From: a virus
Strand: one strand, 5' to 3'
Virus record (IMG/VR): IMGVR_UViG_3300012953_000017
Span: 55,920 to 119,919 of that record
Length of the DNA stretch: 64,000 bases
Position numbers and translations under genes: made by a program. Below the pieces are notes generated by a model, which saw nothing but the letters and a program-made list of their open reading frames with translations, did no database searches and had not been told where the DNA came from. Numbering within the stretch: position 1 is the first letter of the stretch; the number at the start of each line of letters is the position of its first letter. Below, one piece after another: positions 6,531-15,509 of the stretch.

Positions 6531-8486
6531 CTATGACATTAGGTAAATATAATTTTGATTTACGGTACACGCAACTCTAAAACCACAGATCATGTCATGA
6601 AACTCGACTAAAGCATTAATATCTCTTCTGGTTGGTTCATACATGTGATAAACGAGCGACTCGTTTTTAGAAAACTTCTTCTTAAACCACCCTACTAATT
6701 TTTTACCTGCATCAATTCCTTTTTCCCACACAGCTTTTATTCCGGTCCAGAAAAAGCCTAGTGCTTTTTTAGCCATAGTGCTTATTAGACCTACAGTGTA
6801 TTTAAAGAATTTGTCTTTTTGCTGTGCTTGCCACTCTTCATCCTTGTCTAAAAATTTAGAAGCGGCCCAAATACACCCTTTTGCTACACAATAGGCAACT
6901 ACTAAAGCTAACAGAACTTTACCTATGGCAAGCCACATACCTGCACTCACACCCATCAAAGTTCCGCCAGCCCAAGTGCTTTGGACGCCGGTTGCACTGG
7001 CCATCATGTGTGTCATGGCACCTCCGACGCCGCTGACAGAAGTTGAGGCAGGCATGCCCATTGTCGCGAGCAAAGAAGGTGTAGTTATCGTTGCAGATGC
7101 GCCGGCGCCGAACAAATGAGCATATGCTGCAGCCCCAAAAGAACCAATAGTTCCGGCTCCAACTGCAAACATGCCTATTGTTCTAGAAAGTCTATCCTTT
7201 ATGCTTCCTTTACCTCCAGAAAGATCTTCAATCGCAGCTTCTAGTTTATCTTGATCTGACTCCAGCTCGGCTATTTTTTCCTGATTTTCAGCTATTTCTT
7301 TAATAGCATCATCAAAATTATCTGCTTGTATGCCGATTCCTTTTAAGCCTGCCATAGCTGTTTCGGCGGCGCCGTCAGCATTGGAGACTTTGCCCTGTAT
7401 TTCTTCAGCGCCGCTTTTTATTTCGCCTTCAGCAGAGGCCATGCCTTCTTCTGTAGGCATGAATTCATCATCAAATATACTCTTGTCAGACTGCTGCGCG
7501 TCGATACCATCGCCTTCTAAAGTTTCAGTCTCTATGCCTACATCAGCAAGGTCAATCTGATTAGGCTTCTGATTACCACCTTTTTCTGATGCACCTTTTG
7601 CTGCTTTGCCAATGTCACCTTTTTGCTCACTAGAAGGAAGATAGCCTACATTTCCTGATTGTAGACTAAAACCGTTTTTTTGTGCGTATGCAGAGCAAAA
7701 GTCTAGAACCTGAGCCGGCTCTCCTTCTACACCTGCGTCAGATAATTTTTGTGCTATGGCAGACGCTAACTGCGCTACATCTCCTGGTGTGACTGGTTTT
7801 GCAGTGTTTTCTACGTCTTCGAACTCTGGAATGACATTCTTTAGGCTCATGGCAAAACCTTTCATCATCCCTACACCCTCGAGCGCAGAATTAACTTGAG
7901 GTTGATATTTTTCCATTTCTTCTGCCATAGCTTGTGTCGCTGCTGCATCTTTAGCAGCGGAGGCGTCTTCCATTAATAATTTCCACACTGCATCGGATTT
8001 GCATCGTTCATTTACATTTTTCTGTGACGGGAAAGCAGGCACGCCTTCAAGCTCTTGAATTTTAGCTGCAGCACCGGACAAAATTTCTTTGGAAGTTTTG
8101 ACAGCAACTTTCTTGACATATTCTCTGCCCTTATCAGTCTGTGGCTTTATTGCAGTCCATTTTATTTTTTCATCTTTGGTGTCTTTAGAAAGCCCTAGGT
8201 CTTTGCGAGAGACTTGCCCTCCAGATACGTCTCGCTCTACTTCATTTGAAATAAAATCAGTCGTTTGTGTTTCGTAAGTTTGTGTTGCGTTATCTAGTTC
8301 TACACCGAAGAGAGATAAAACTGAAGTGAAAAGACCTTTGATAAAATCAAGTATTCCTTCATCTACTTTTTTAATAGAGGATCGGGATCGAGCATTAAAG
8401 CTCGATTTTAGAATAGTCTCTATAATTACCTGTTCTTTTGAAAGGCCATAGACTGAATTAAATTTTCTCGTTCTTTGTTTTCTCAT
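6531..8486 (-). CDS. large hypothetical protein with C-terminal Gly/Ala-rich hydrophobic helices (candidate virion internal/ejection protein)
   Basis: 651-aa ORF; acidic coiled coil followed by hydrophobic segments; ATACTTA motif upstream at 8530-8536. Confidence 0.6.
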   Translation of the reverse strand: MRKQRTRKFNSVYGLSKEQVIIETILKSSFNARSRSSIKKVDEGILDFIKGLFTSVLSLFGVELDNATQTYETQTTDFISNEVERDVSGGQVSRKDLGLSKDTKDEKIKWTAIKPQTDKGREYVKKVAVKTSKEILSGAAAKIQELEGVPAFPSQKNVNERCKSDAVWKLLMEDASAAKDAAATQAMAEEMEKYQPQVNSALEGVGMMKGFAMSLKNVIPEFEDVENTAKPVTPGDVAQLASAIAQKLSDAGVEGEPAQVLDFCSAYAQKNGFSLQSGNVGYLPSSEQKGDIGKAAKGASEKGGNQKPNQIDLADVGIETETLEGDGIDAQQSDKSIFDDEFMPTEEGMASAEGEIKSGAEEIQGKVSNADGAAETAMAGLKGIGIQADNFDDAIKEIAENQEKIAELESDQDKLEAAIEDLSGGKGSIKDRLSRTIGMFAVGAGTIGSFGAAAYAHLFGAGASATITTPSLLATMGMPASTSVSGVGGAMTHMMASATGVQSTWAGGTLMGVSAGMWLAIGKVLLALVVAYCVAKGCIWAASKFLDKDEEWQAQQKDKFFKYTVGLISTMAKKALGFFWTGIKAVWEKGIDAGKKLVGWFKKKFSKNESLVYHMYEPTRRDINALVEFHDMICGFRVACTVNQNYIYLMS

Positions 8487-8503
8487 AAGTTTCTTTTACT
8501 TCT

Positions 8504-9328
8504 TTAAAGACTAGTCTTTATATGTATGTTAAGTATCTTCTTCGGAGTAGCAATGTACTCATTCCATAAACTAGTCTTTACACTTCCGTTACAAGACTCT
8601 AACTCATAACATATGTTTGAATTATCGCCGCCTGGGTAACCTAGTCTGTGTAAATTAAGTGCCCTTCTCTTGTTGTCGACTGCCATTGATTTTATATCGC
8701 TTCGAAAACCCGCTCGGACATTACCTAGAAGGTGCACTATAATATTAGATTCAGGCCTAAAAAAAGGCCTGACTGCTACAGTAAAAGTAGATATATCAAA
8801 AGGATTACCTGTTTCCATTGAAGCTTCGAGTCTATCTAAGCCTTCTTTCGACGTGTAATGAAGCAACTCTTTTGGATTATTTGTAGACCCATAAAGCTGT
8901 GTGGTAAATTCTTCGTCTATCAACACATACGGTTCCATGTCACCTCTGGAATAAAAATATGCAAATCTTAGACTTCGAATATCTGAAAAATAAGAAGCAA
9001 ACTGCCTCTCAAATGACCACAATCTGTGGTTTACGAAGTCTTCAATAAAGTCCAGAACATTCTTTCTAGTTAATAGATCCCACCTGTCAACTTCCGTGGA
9101 TAGCTGGTACCCAAAAAACTCAGAAAGCTGCCCAACAAATCTTTCAAAGTCTTCTATTCTGCAAAAAGACGTGTGCTTACAACTAATTTCTCCGCCACGG
9201 GTGTCCATTCCTATGGTCTGAAGGTCTAAGAGATAAGTTGCCATCTCTTCCCACTCATTAAGTGTTTTGAACGCAGACTCAGGCTTAATGTAGCCTCTTA
9301 CTTTTGGGTGATCAGTGAGATTTTTCAT
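8504..9328 (-). CDS. hypothetical protein, possible ADP-ribosyltransferase-fold C-terminal domain
   Basis: LLHYTS...DISTF...WNEYIA spacing resembles ART core strands. Confidence 0.45.
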   Translation of the reverse strand: MKNLTDHPKVRGYIKPESAFKTLNEWEEMATYLLDLQTIGMDTRGGEISCKHTSFCRIEDFERFVGQLSEFFGYQLSTEVDRWDLLTRKNVLDFIEDFVNHRLWSFERQFASYFSDIRSLRFAYFYSRGDMEPYVLIDEEFTTQLYGSTNNPKELLHYTSKEGLDRLEASMETGNPFDISTFTVAVRPFFRPESNIIVHLLGNVRAGFRSDIKSMAVDNKRRALNLHRLGYPGGDNSNICYELESCNGSVKTSLWNEYIATPKKILNIHIKTSL

Positions 9329-9583
9329 CTATATCGGCCCTAGTTGATCCATTGTCTTTGTAAGGACGTCACCAGGATCCCAAGTAGGGCCGTCATTTGT
9401 ACATTCATAACTTACAGACTTTCCCATATCTTTAGGTAAACTTTTAACCAGAACAACAACACCTTCGCTGCCATAATGTGTGCAGTTAGGGTTTGTATTC
9501 ACCACGCTGTCTCCGCTGACAGGTTCGTATGTGTGACTTACAAAACTCTCCAACAACACTCTTCTTACAAATTCTCTCAGCAT
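9329..9583 (-). CDS. hypothetical protein with N-terminal LREFVRRVLLE motif
   Basis: ORF abutting neighbours. Confidence 0.7.
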   Translation of the reverse strand: MLREFVRRVLLESFVSHTYEPVSGDSVVNTNPNCTHYGSEGVVVLVKSLPKDMGKSVSYECTNDGPTWDPGDVLTKTMDQLGPI

Positions 9584-9961
9584 TTATTTTCTCACGTAGT
9601 GGCGCCAATTATACCATGGGCGTATGCTTAAGTAATTAGGATACTTGTCATGTGTATACGCTTCTCGCTCAAAAGGATTTTCATAATACGCTTTTTTTCC
9701 GCTTCTGCATCTTATTAATCCTATTAACCAGAACACCCCGTAAAGAATCCATTGCCCTACAAAAAGAAGCTCAATTTGTTGTTGGTAATGAATTGTTTCG
9801 TGCCTTCTAGTTTTTTCGGACAGCTCTCCTCTACACCACACCCAAAATGCAAAACTTAAAGCCCAAATCTCTATTGGTGATATTTTTGAAAGCCACACTG
9901 GAATCTTGCTATTTTCAAACTCCCATGGCTTTCGAGACTTTAACCATTTAGAAACTCTCAT
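9584..9961 (-). CDS. small HExxH metallopeptidase-like protein
   Basis: RHETIH plus NPFEREAY motifs. Confidence 0.65.
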   Translation of the reverse strand: MRVSKWLKSRKPWEFENSKIPVWLSKISPIEIWALSFAFWVWCRGELSEKTRRHETIHYQQQIELLFVGQWILYGVFWLIGLIRCRSGKKAYYENPFEREAYTHDKYPNYLSIRPWYNWRHYVRK

Positions 9962-9962
9962 T

Positions 9963-10241
9963 TTACCTCCCGTACTTGGCTTCGTACCTCTCTCGACCTG
10001 CCTTTGAAAATGCCGGATTTACAAATACAGCATATATTCTCGGACTGCCAGGGAAAGTCGATACTATTTCTACTTTTCTCTCTACTTCCCAGCCGGCGGC
10101 TCTATATTTTTCAACTAGTGTTTTCATGTAAGGACCCCATGTTGGATCGATGTCAACTATTTTTCCATTTACACATTCATTGTCAGTCCATGTAGACTCC
10201 AAAATGTCATTGATTATATCAACAATATCTTTACGTTTCAA
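9963..10241 (-). CDS. hypothetical protein
   Basis: TTG start with GAGGA SD. Confidence 0.65.
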   Translation of the reverse strand: MKRKDIVDIINDILESTWTDNECVNGKIVDIDPTWGPYMKTLVEKYRAAGWEVERKVEIVSTFPGSPRIYAVFVNPAFSKAGRERYEAKYGR

Positions 10242-10954
10242 TTTAATTCCTCGCTGTCTTTATTAATTAGGTGCACTAACTCTTTCCAATGTGCTGGATT
10301 AATACCGGGTGGAGGACCACCAAGACTTAAAGTGTCTAGAGCATCCTTGTACTTCTGCTTTTGTTTTGGGCTAGGGGCACTTTGTAGATTATGCAACATA
10401 TCTGATAGTTTTATTTTTAGCACGTCTGGTTTGTTTGCTATTGATGCAACATAATCAGAATAATCAGTACCTTTGGTATGTGTAAGTGACCTTACAATAT
10501 CCAGTGCTCTTAAACCTATGTCCGGCTGTCCAAAAGATCCTGCGATCAAAGATTCCATTTCTTCGCTGGATTTAACATTTCCTTGCGAAAGTGCATCTTC
10601 TAGAGCATCATGGAGCAAAGCAGCTGCGCACAAAACAGGCTCATCAGGATAGTATGCGTAGACAATATTTGCCACTTCAACTGGATGCACAAGATACGGC
10701 TCGCCTGTTCTTCTTTTTTGTCCTAAGTGTGCCATTTGAGCAGTGGCCAGAGCGTCAGCTACATCGTCATTTACATCGCCACAGACTTCATTAATGTGTT
10801 GTAAAATTATGGATCTTACATAGTTTCTAAGGATGTTTTCAGATGTGCCTTGAGAATTCTTTAGTTTCTTAATTTGGCAAGAGATATCATTTTCTCGAAC
10901 TTGTCTTAACGAACCAGAAATATAATATCTTATGTATTCCTTGAGCACCTTCAT
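10238..10954 (-). CDS. HD-domain (p)ppGpp hydrolase-like protein (small alarmone hydrolase, SpoT/Mesh1 type) with N-terminal extension
   Basis: AHLGQKRRTGEPYLVHP, AALLHDALED and IKLSDMLHNL motifs; no synthetase domain. Confidence 0.88.
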   Translation of the reverse strand: MKVLKEYIRYYISGSLRQVRENDISCQIKKLKNSQGTSENILRNYVRSIILQHINEVCGDVNDDVADALATAQMAHLGQKRRTGEPYLVHPVEVANIVYAYYPDEPVLCAAALLHDALEDALSQGNVKSSEEMESLIAGSFGQPDIGLRALDIVRSLTHTKGTDYSDYVASIANKPDVLKIKLSDMLHNLQSAPSPKQKQKYKDALDTLSLGGPPPGINPAHWKELVHLINKDSEELN

Positions 10955-10993
10955 AGGGACAACACCACCCTATGTTAAGTATTTTCTAGTCGT

Positions 10994-11707
10994 CTAGAAA
11001 TCTTTGTTATCTCTAAACGCTTTAACTGTTATAGGCCAAACTTCTTCTGCTATCGTCAATAAAGCTTGAGCTACTTGTTGAATTTCCCACTGAGCGCCCT
11101 CGTGAATCCTAAGCTCTATGAATTTCATTAAGTTGCTAAGGTTGCAAGTACCATAGTACTCAGTGTAGAGGTTCTGGGGCAGGACTCCTCGAGCTTGCTC
11201 TCTGCAGACACCTGATTCTAATAGATTTTCATAAAGGTTTAGTGAAGATTTGTGGTGTGATCGAACAGCAGCGCTAGCGCTGAGAACGCCTCCATCTTCG
11301 TACCGGTACAAAACAGGATCATCGGTCTTGTTAGTGCTGGCCTGTCGATTTGATTGATGCTGAGATCTAAAAACACTTGGTTCATAGAATCTTAAGTCTA
11401 CTTCAGTGTATCTTCGACTTATCTCATTATAAGCCCAAGTTCTATGGCGATGGTGCTGACTACGAATGAAAAGAGGCACCACGAAACGACAAGTGAGAAC
11501 GTTGTGCTCCAAAGTGGAAGTGTGGCGATGCTTAATAAGATAATCAATAAGTCTTTCATCTTTGTCATCTAGAATATCCTTTTGCTTTCCAAAACTAACT
11601 CTGGCTGCATTAACAACAGTTAAGTCATGCCCCATATGACTAACATAATCAACGCGACCGATGCCGTCTGAATAGAGGTCTATAGACTTTATCTTAGTTT
11701 CTGTCAT
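10994..11707 (-). CDS. thyX: FAD-dependent thymidylate synthase
   Basis: VNAARVSF, HTSTLEH, RHRxxxxNExSRRY signature, REQARGVLP, AQWEI. Confidence 0.96.
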   Translation of the reverse strand: MTETKIKSIDLYSDGIGRVDYVSHMGHDLTVVNAARVSFGKQKDILDDKDERLIDYLIKHRHTSTLEHNVLTCRFVVPLFIRSQHHRHRTWAYNEISRRYTEVDLRFYEPSVFRSQHQSNRQASTNKTDDPVLYRYEDGGVLSASAAVRSHHKSSLNLYENLLESGVCREQARGVLPQNLYTEYYGTCNLSNLMKFIELRIHEGAQWEIQQVAQALLTIAEEVWPITVKAFRDNKDF

Positions 11708-12101
11708 CCTTTACACCCTTACCATACCACCGGGCGTTTCTTCCTCGCACATCGTAATGAGTAAATGTTGTGTAAAGCCCAACGCCGCCTTTCATCATCT
11801 TACCTTCTTTAATAAGATCAACAATAACAGCTTTTACTTCAGCAGGTGTCATTCCTTTGACTTTAATGTCGGCAGCATTTGCGGTCATATGCTGACTTCT
11901 TCTGGCACCTCCGATTCTGCGATTATACTTTGGGGAGCGGTATCCGCTAATGACTCTAATAGGTTTTCCTATTTCATCTCTTAGTACTTGAAGATTTTCG
12001 CATAGAAGAGATACGTTATCCATTAACTCTTCAGGAACGTCAGTACCGTCTTTACACCTGAACTCTGATAAAGAGAAGTTTTGTGTTATTTTATAACTCA
12101 T
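11694..12101 (-). CDS. peptidase M15A family (candidate endolysin)
   Basis: NFSLSEFRCK, SGYRSP..N..IGGA..SQH..ANAADI and FTHYDVR motifs. Confidence 0.88.
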   Translation of the reverse strand: MSYKITQNFSLSEFRCKDGTDVPEELMDNVSLLCENLQVLRDEIGKPIRVISGYRSPKYNRRIGGARRSQHMTANAADIKVKGMTPAEVKAVIVDLIKEGKMMKGGVGLYTTFTHYDVRGRNARWYGKGVKDDRN

Positions 12102-12363
12102 CTTTTGGCTCCGCTGGAGAGCTTTCTTCGTCAGACTGATTAACTACACCAAAAGAAATTGTTGCAAATCTTTCTGGGCTATCCCACTTATTAACATGCC
12201 AGTTAATCCACGCGACGGACTTTTGGTCTTTTAAAAGTTCGGATAATTTATCATCTTGGGACACAAAGCTAACTAGTGCCTCATTTACTTGCTTTTCAGT
12301 TAAGTTTGCAGTAGCCACTATTCTAGCTGTGCTTGATGATTTTTCTTGATTGCTTTCGCTCAT
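12091..12363 (-). CDS. hypothetical protein
   Basis: AGGAG SD; operonic. Confidence 0.65.
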   Translation of the reverse strand: MSESNQEKSSSTARIVATANLTEKQVNEALVSFVSQDDKLSELLKDQKSVAWINWHVNKWDSPERFATISFGVVNQSDEESSPAEPKDEL

Positions 12364-12387
12364 ATTTTTCTCCTATAATTTTATATT

Positions 12388-12990
12388 CTATTCAAAACCA
12401 ATACTAACATCTATATCAATCGTTAATTTTGGCACTCTTAAATGGTTTGCAAGATTGTGTTTTTTTGCATCTTCAGCATCCAAATACCAATCTGCATGCT
12501 TTTTCTTGTCCATTAACTTGATAAAATAATTATCAGCCTTGCCACAGTTTTGTGCCATCATCTTATAGACAATATCGTTAAGTCTTTCGGCTTCTTTCAC
12601 ATCTGCCTTTAGCTCTTCTATTTTACCGTGAGCCCAAGAAGATACATCATGAATCATAACTGTCGCATTAGGATCCATAAATCTTCTCCCTTCTTCTCCA
12701 AAAGAGAACAGTATAGCTCCGCAGGACATTGCCTTTCCCTCTACTATCGTCGCGACAGGAAGCTCGGACGATTTAATAGATGATATCATTGACATAAGTG
12801 AGTATACTTGCCCACCGTATGAATCAATTACTACAGGAATTACACTTTGACCTGTATTATGTGCTTGTGCGACAGAATCGTTGAATTTTTTTGCAGACTC
12901 TTCATCAAATTTATTAACCCTAACAATTACAGGATTTTTTCTAAGTTCGTACTCTTTTAATAGCGCTGAAGTTTTAACTGTCCATTTCAT
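12388..12990 (-). CDS. clpP: ClpP-like serine protease
   Basis: IDSYGG, GKAMSCGA (catalytic Ser), VMIHD, DWYLDAEDA. Confidence 0.88.
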   Translation of the reverse strand: MKWTVKTSALLKEYELRKNPVIVRVNKFDEESAKKFNDSVAQAHNTGQSVIPVVIDSYGGQVYSLMSMISSIKSSELPVATIVEGKAMSCGAILFSFGEEGRRFMDPNATVMIHDVSSWAHGKIEELKADVKEAERLNDIVYKMMAQNCGKADNYFIKLMDKKKHADWYLDAEDAKKHNLANHLRVPKLTIDIDVSIGFE

Positions 12991-13024
12991 TGACTTACCT
13001 CTTCCTTATTCCTTTTGTTTATTG

Positions 13025-15484
13025 TTAACCACATTTGCTGCTTCCACAAGCAGTACAAGTCACACAACCTTCCTGATATACAAGTGTATCTTCTGCACCA
13101 CAATTTTCACATGTAGTCTTTCCCGGTACTGTTCCATCCTTAATGTAGTACTTCAAAACTCTAGCAATGACTTTTGAAAATGAAAACATATCCATCTCTC
13201 TGTCTTTTTGAAGCTGCTCAACAACATAATTTATTTTTGCACCATGCCTAAGTGCCAATGATATCGTCCTAGTAAACCCTGCGTGATTAGGATTATCAAA
13301 CACATCAACAATATCTTTTATTAAAATAGAGTCACCGTTCTTACCAATCCTTAAGTCATATCTAGAGTTCTTGGTCTTGTAATGATGTTTAATGATTGTT
13401 CCTTTCTTGTATCTCTTAGGTATCTCTATGTACTTCTGAAGACCTCCCATTACCTCATAAGGTCTACCATCCATTAGACCTACAAGAATTGTCCAGGCTT
13501 CACCCTTGATGGTCGCATGATGAATGTGGCATTTAAGCTCAAATGGCCTGTCCGGGGCGTGATGTGTCTTAAACTTTATGTCCTCATTTTCCTTTGACAC
13601 GAGAACACCAGCTCTTGATCCATCTCTGTATACAGTTACACCTTTACATCCTGACTGCCACCCGGCCATGTAAACATCTTTAACAGTGTCAATAGAGACA
13701 TCTGAGGGCAAGTTTGTTGTGTTTGATATTGCGTGGCACACCCATTTTTGAGCTGCAGCTTGCATTTTAACTTTTGAAACCCAGTCAATTTCAGTTGCAG
13801 TTGCTCCTGAATATGGGGAGTCTTTTACTTCTTCTAGGCCTGACGCCTCCATCCATTTCTTAAAACCTTGATGGTAAACTGGATATTCCTGCCATCTGTC
13901 TCCGGAGTCATCAACAAAGTCAACTCTTCCATCTAAATCATTTTCAGTCAACTTCTTTCGTCGTGTATAAGAGAGCATGTAAGCCGGCTCAATTCCTGAA
14001 GTTGTCTGTGTTAATACACTTACTGATCCTGCAGGGGCTGTTGTCACGAGAGCAATATTTCTTCTACCAAATTTTTGTGACATTTCTCGAACTTCAGGTG
14101 CCTCTTTCCAAATTCTCTCTAAAAATTCATTTCCTCGTTCTAGATCATGATTGTGTATAGGAAACGCGCCTCGCTCTTTAGCCAAGAAACAAGAAGACTT
14201 ATATGCGTTAACAGTTAGAGTCTTGTAGAGGCTTTCCACAATTTCAATGGACTTGTCAGAGCCGTATCTAACACCTAGCGCTGCCACTGTATCGCCAACT
14301 GCAGTAACGCCTAATCCTGTGCGTCGGCCTTGAAGCGCTTGATTACGAATTTTTGTCCAAAGATTTTTTTCTATTTGTTTGACTTCAGGTGGCTCTGGGT
14401 CTTGTTTAATTTTTGCAAGAATTTTGTCTACCTGCTCTATCTCTAAGTCGATCATATCATCCATAAGTCTCTGTGCTTTTTGAACCACAGAAGATAACTC
14501 TTCATAATCGAGGTAGGCTTCTTCTGAAAAAGCATTTTTGACAAAAGAAGAAAGATTTACAAGCATAAGGCGGCAACTATCATAAGGGCTTAATATTATC
14601 TCGCCGCATGGATTAGTTGAAGTCGATCCAAAGCCCTGGTCTGAATAAACGTCGGCAGGAGTTAATTTCTTAGCAGTGTCCCAAAACAGTAACCCGGGTT
14701 CGGCTGCAGCGTGTGCGCTTTCGATAATTTCGTCCCAAAGATTTTTGGCATCCACAAGTTGAGAAACTTTTCTCTTTTTATTTTTTTCAACTGGAAACCT
14801 TAGTTCGAAGTCTTTCTCTTCTCGGACTGCCTGTAAAAATTCATCAGACAATCTCACAGAAATATTTGCGCCGGTTACTCTTGTTAAGTCTCGTTTAATT
14901 TTTATAAAGTCACGGACTTGTGGGTGATGCACAGAGATTGTCAACATTAGGGCACCTCTTCGGCCTCCTTGTGCTACTTCACGGCAAGAGTTACTAAACC
15001 TGTCCATAAAAACTTCAATTCCGTCCGTTGTTCTGGCGCAGTTTCCAGTAGATAAGCCTTTTGGGCGAATTGAAGATATGTCAAATCCGACTCCGCCGCG
15101 GCGCTTCGCGATCTGCACTAACTCTTGATCTGTCTTAAGGATACCTCCGTAAGAGTCATGAGGTGATTCAATAACAAAACAGTTCGAAAGTGACTGTATT
15201 TGATATGGATTGCCGATACCAGACATTGGTGAACCTTGTGGGACAATATACTTAAAGTCTTTTAAAAGGCCGTATATCTCTTCTTCTGACATGGAATTAG
15301 GATATTTTTCTTCTATTCGTGAAAACTCCTTCGACATTCTTCGATGCATGTCGTCTGGTGTCATTTCATGAATATTGCCTTCTTTGTCTGTCAGGGCATA
15401 TTTTGTAATAAATACATTGGCAGCTAGCTCATCGCCATCGAAGTACGCTAAGCTCTGTTGATACGCTTCATTATAATTCGCCAT
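13025..15484 (-). CDS. nrdJ: class II (adenosylcobalamin-dependent) ribonucleotide reductase
   Basis: SNCFV, GGRRGA, TNPCGE, APAGS, GCKGVTVYRDGSR, C-terminal Cys-rich tail; no nrdB adjacent. Confidence 0.92.
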   Translation of the reverse strand: MANYNEAYQQSLAYFDGDELAANVFITKYALTDKEGNIHEMTPDDMHRRMSKEFSRIEEKYPNSMSEEEIYGLLKDFKYIVPQGSPMSGIGNPYQIQSLSNCFVIESPHDSYGGILKTDQELVQIAKRRGGVGFDISSIRPKGLSTGNCARTTDGIEVFMDRFSNSCREVAQGGRRGALMLTISVHHPQVRDFIKIKRDLTRVTGANISVRLSDEFLQAVREEKDFELRFPVEKNKKRKVSQLVDAKNLWDEIIESAHAAAEPGLLFWDTAKKLTPADVYSDQGFGSTSTNPCGEIILSPYDSCRLMLVNLSSFVKNAFSEEAYLDYEELSSVVQKAQRLMDDMIDLEIEQVDKILAKIKQDPEPPEVKQIEKNLWTKIRNQALQGRRTGLGVTAVGDTVAALGVRYGSDKSIEIVESLYKTLTVNAYKSSCFLAKERGAFPIHNHDLERGNEFLERIWKEAPEVREMSQKFGRRNIALVTTAPAGSVSVLTQTTSGIEPAYMLSYTRRKKLTENDLDGRVDFVDDSGDRWQEYPVYHQGFKKWMEASGLEEVKDSPYSGATATEIDWVSKVKMQAAAQKWVCHAISNTTNLPSDVSIDTVKDVYMAGWQSGCKGVTVYRDGSRAGVLVSKENEDIKFKTHHAPDRPFELKCHIHHATIKGEAWTILVGLMDGRPYEVMGGLQKYIEIPKRYKKGTIIKHHYKTKNSRYDLRIGKNGDSILIKDIVDVFDNPNHAGFTRTISLALRHGAKINYVVEQLQKDREMDMFSFSKVIARVLKYYIKDGTVPGKTTCENCGAEDTLVYQEGCVTCTACGSSKCG

Positions 15485-15509
15485 TAATTCTTTACCTCAA
15501 CAATTTCAT

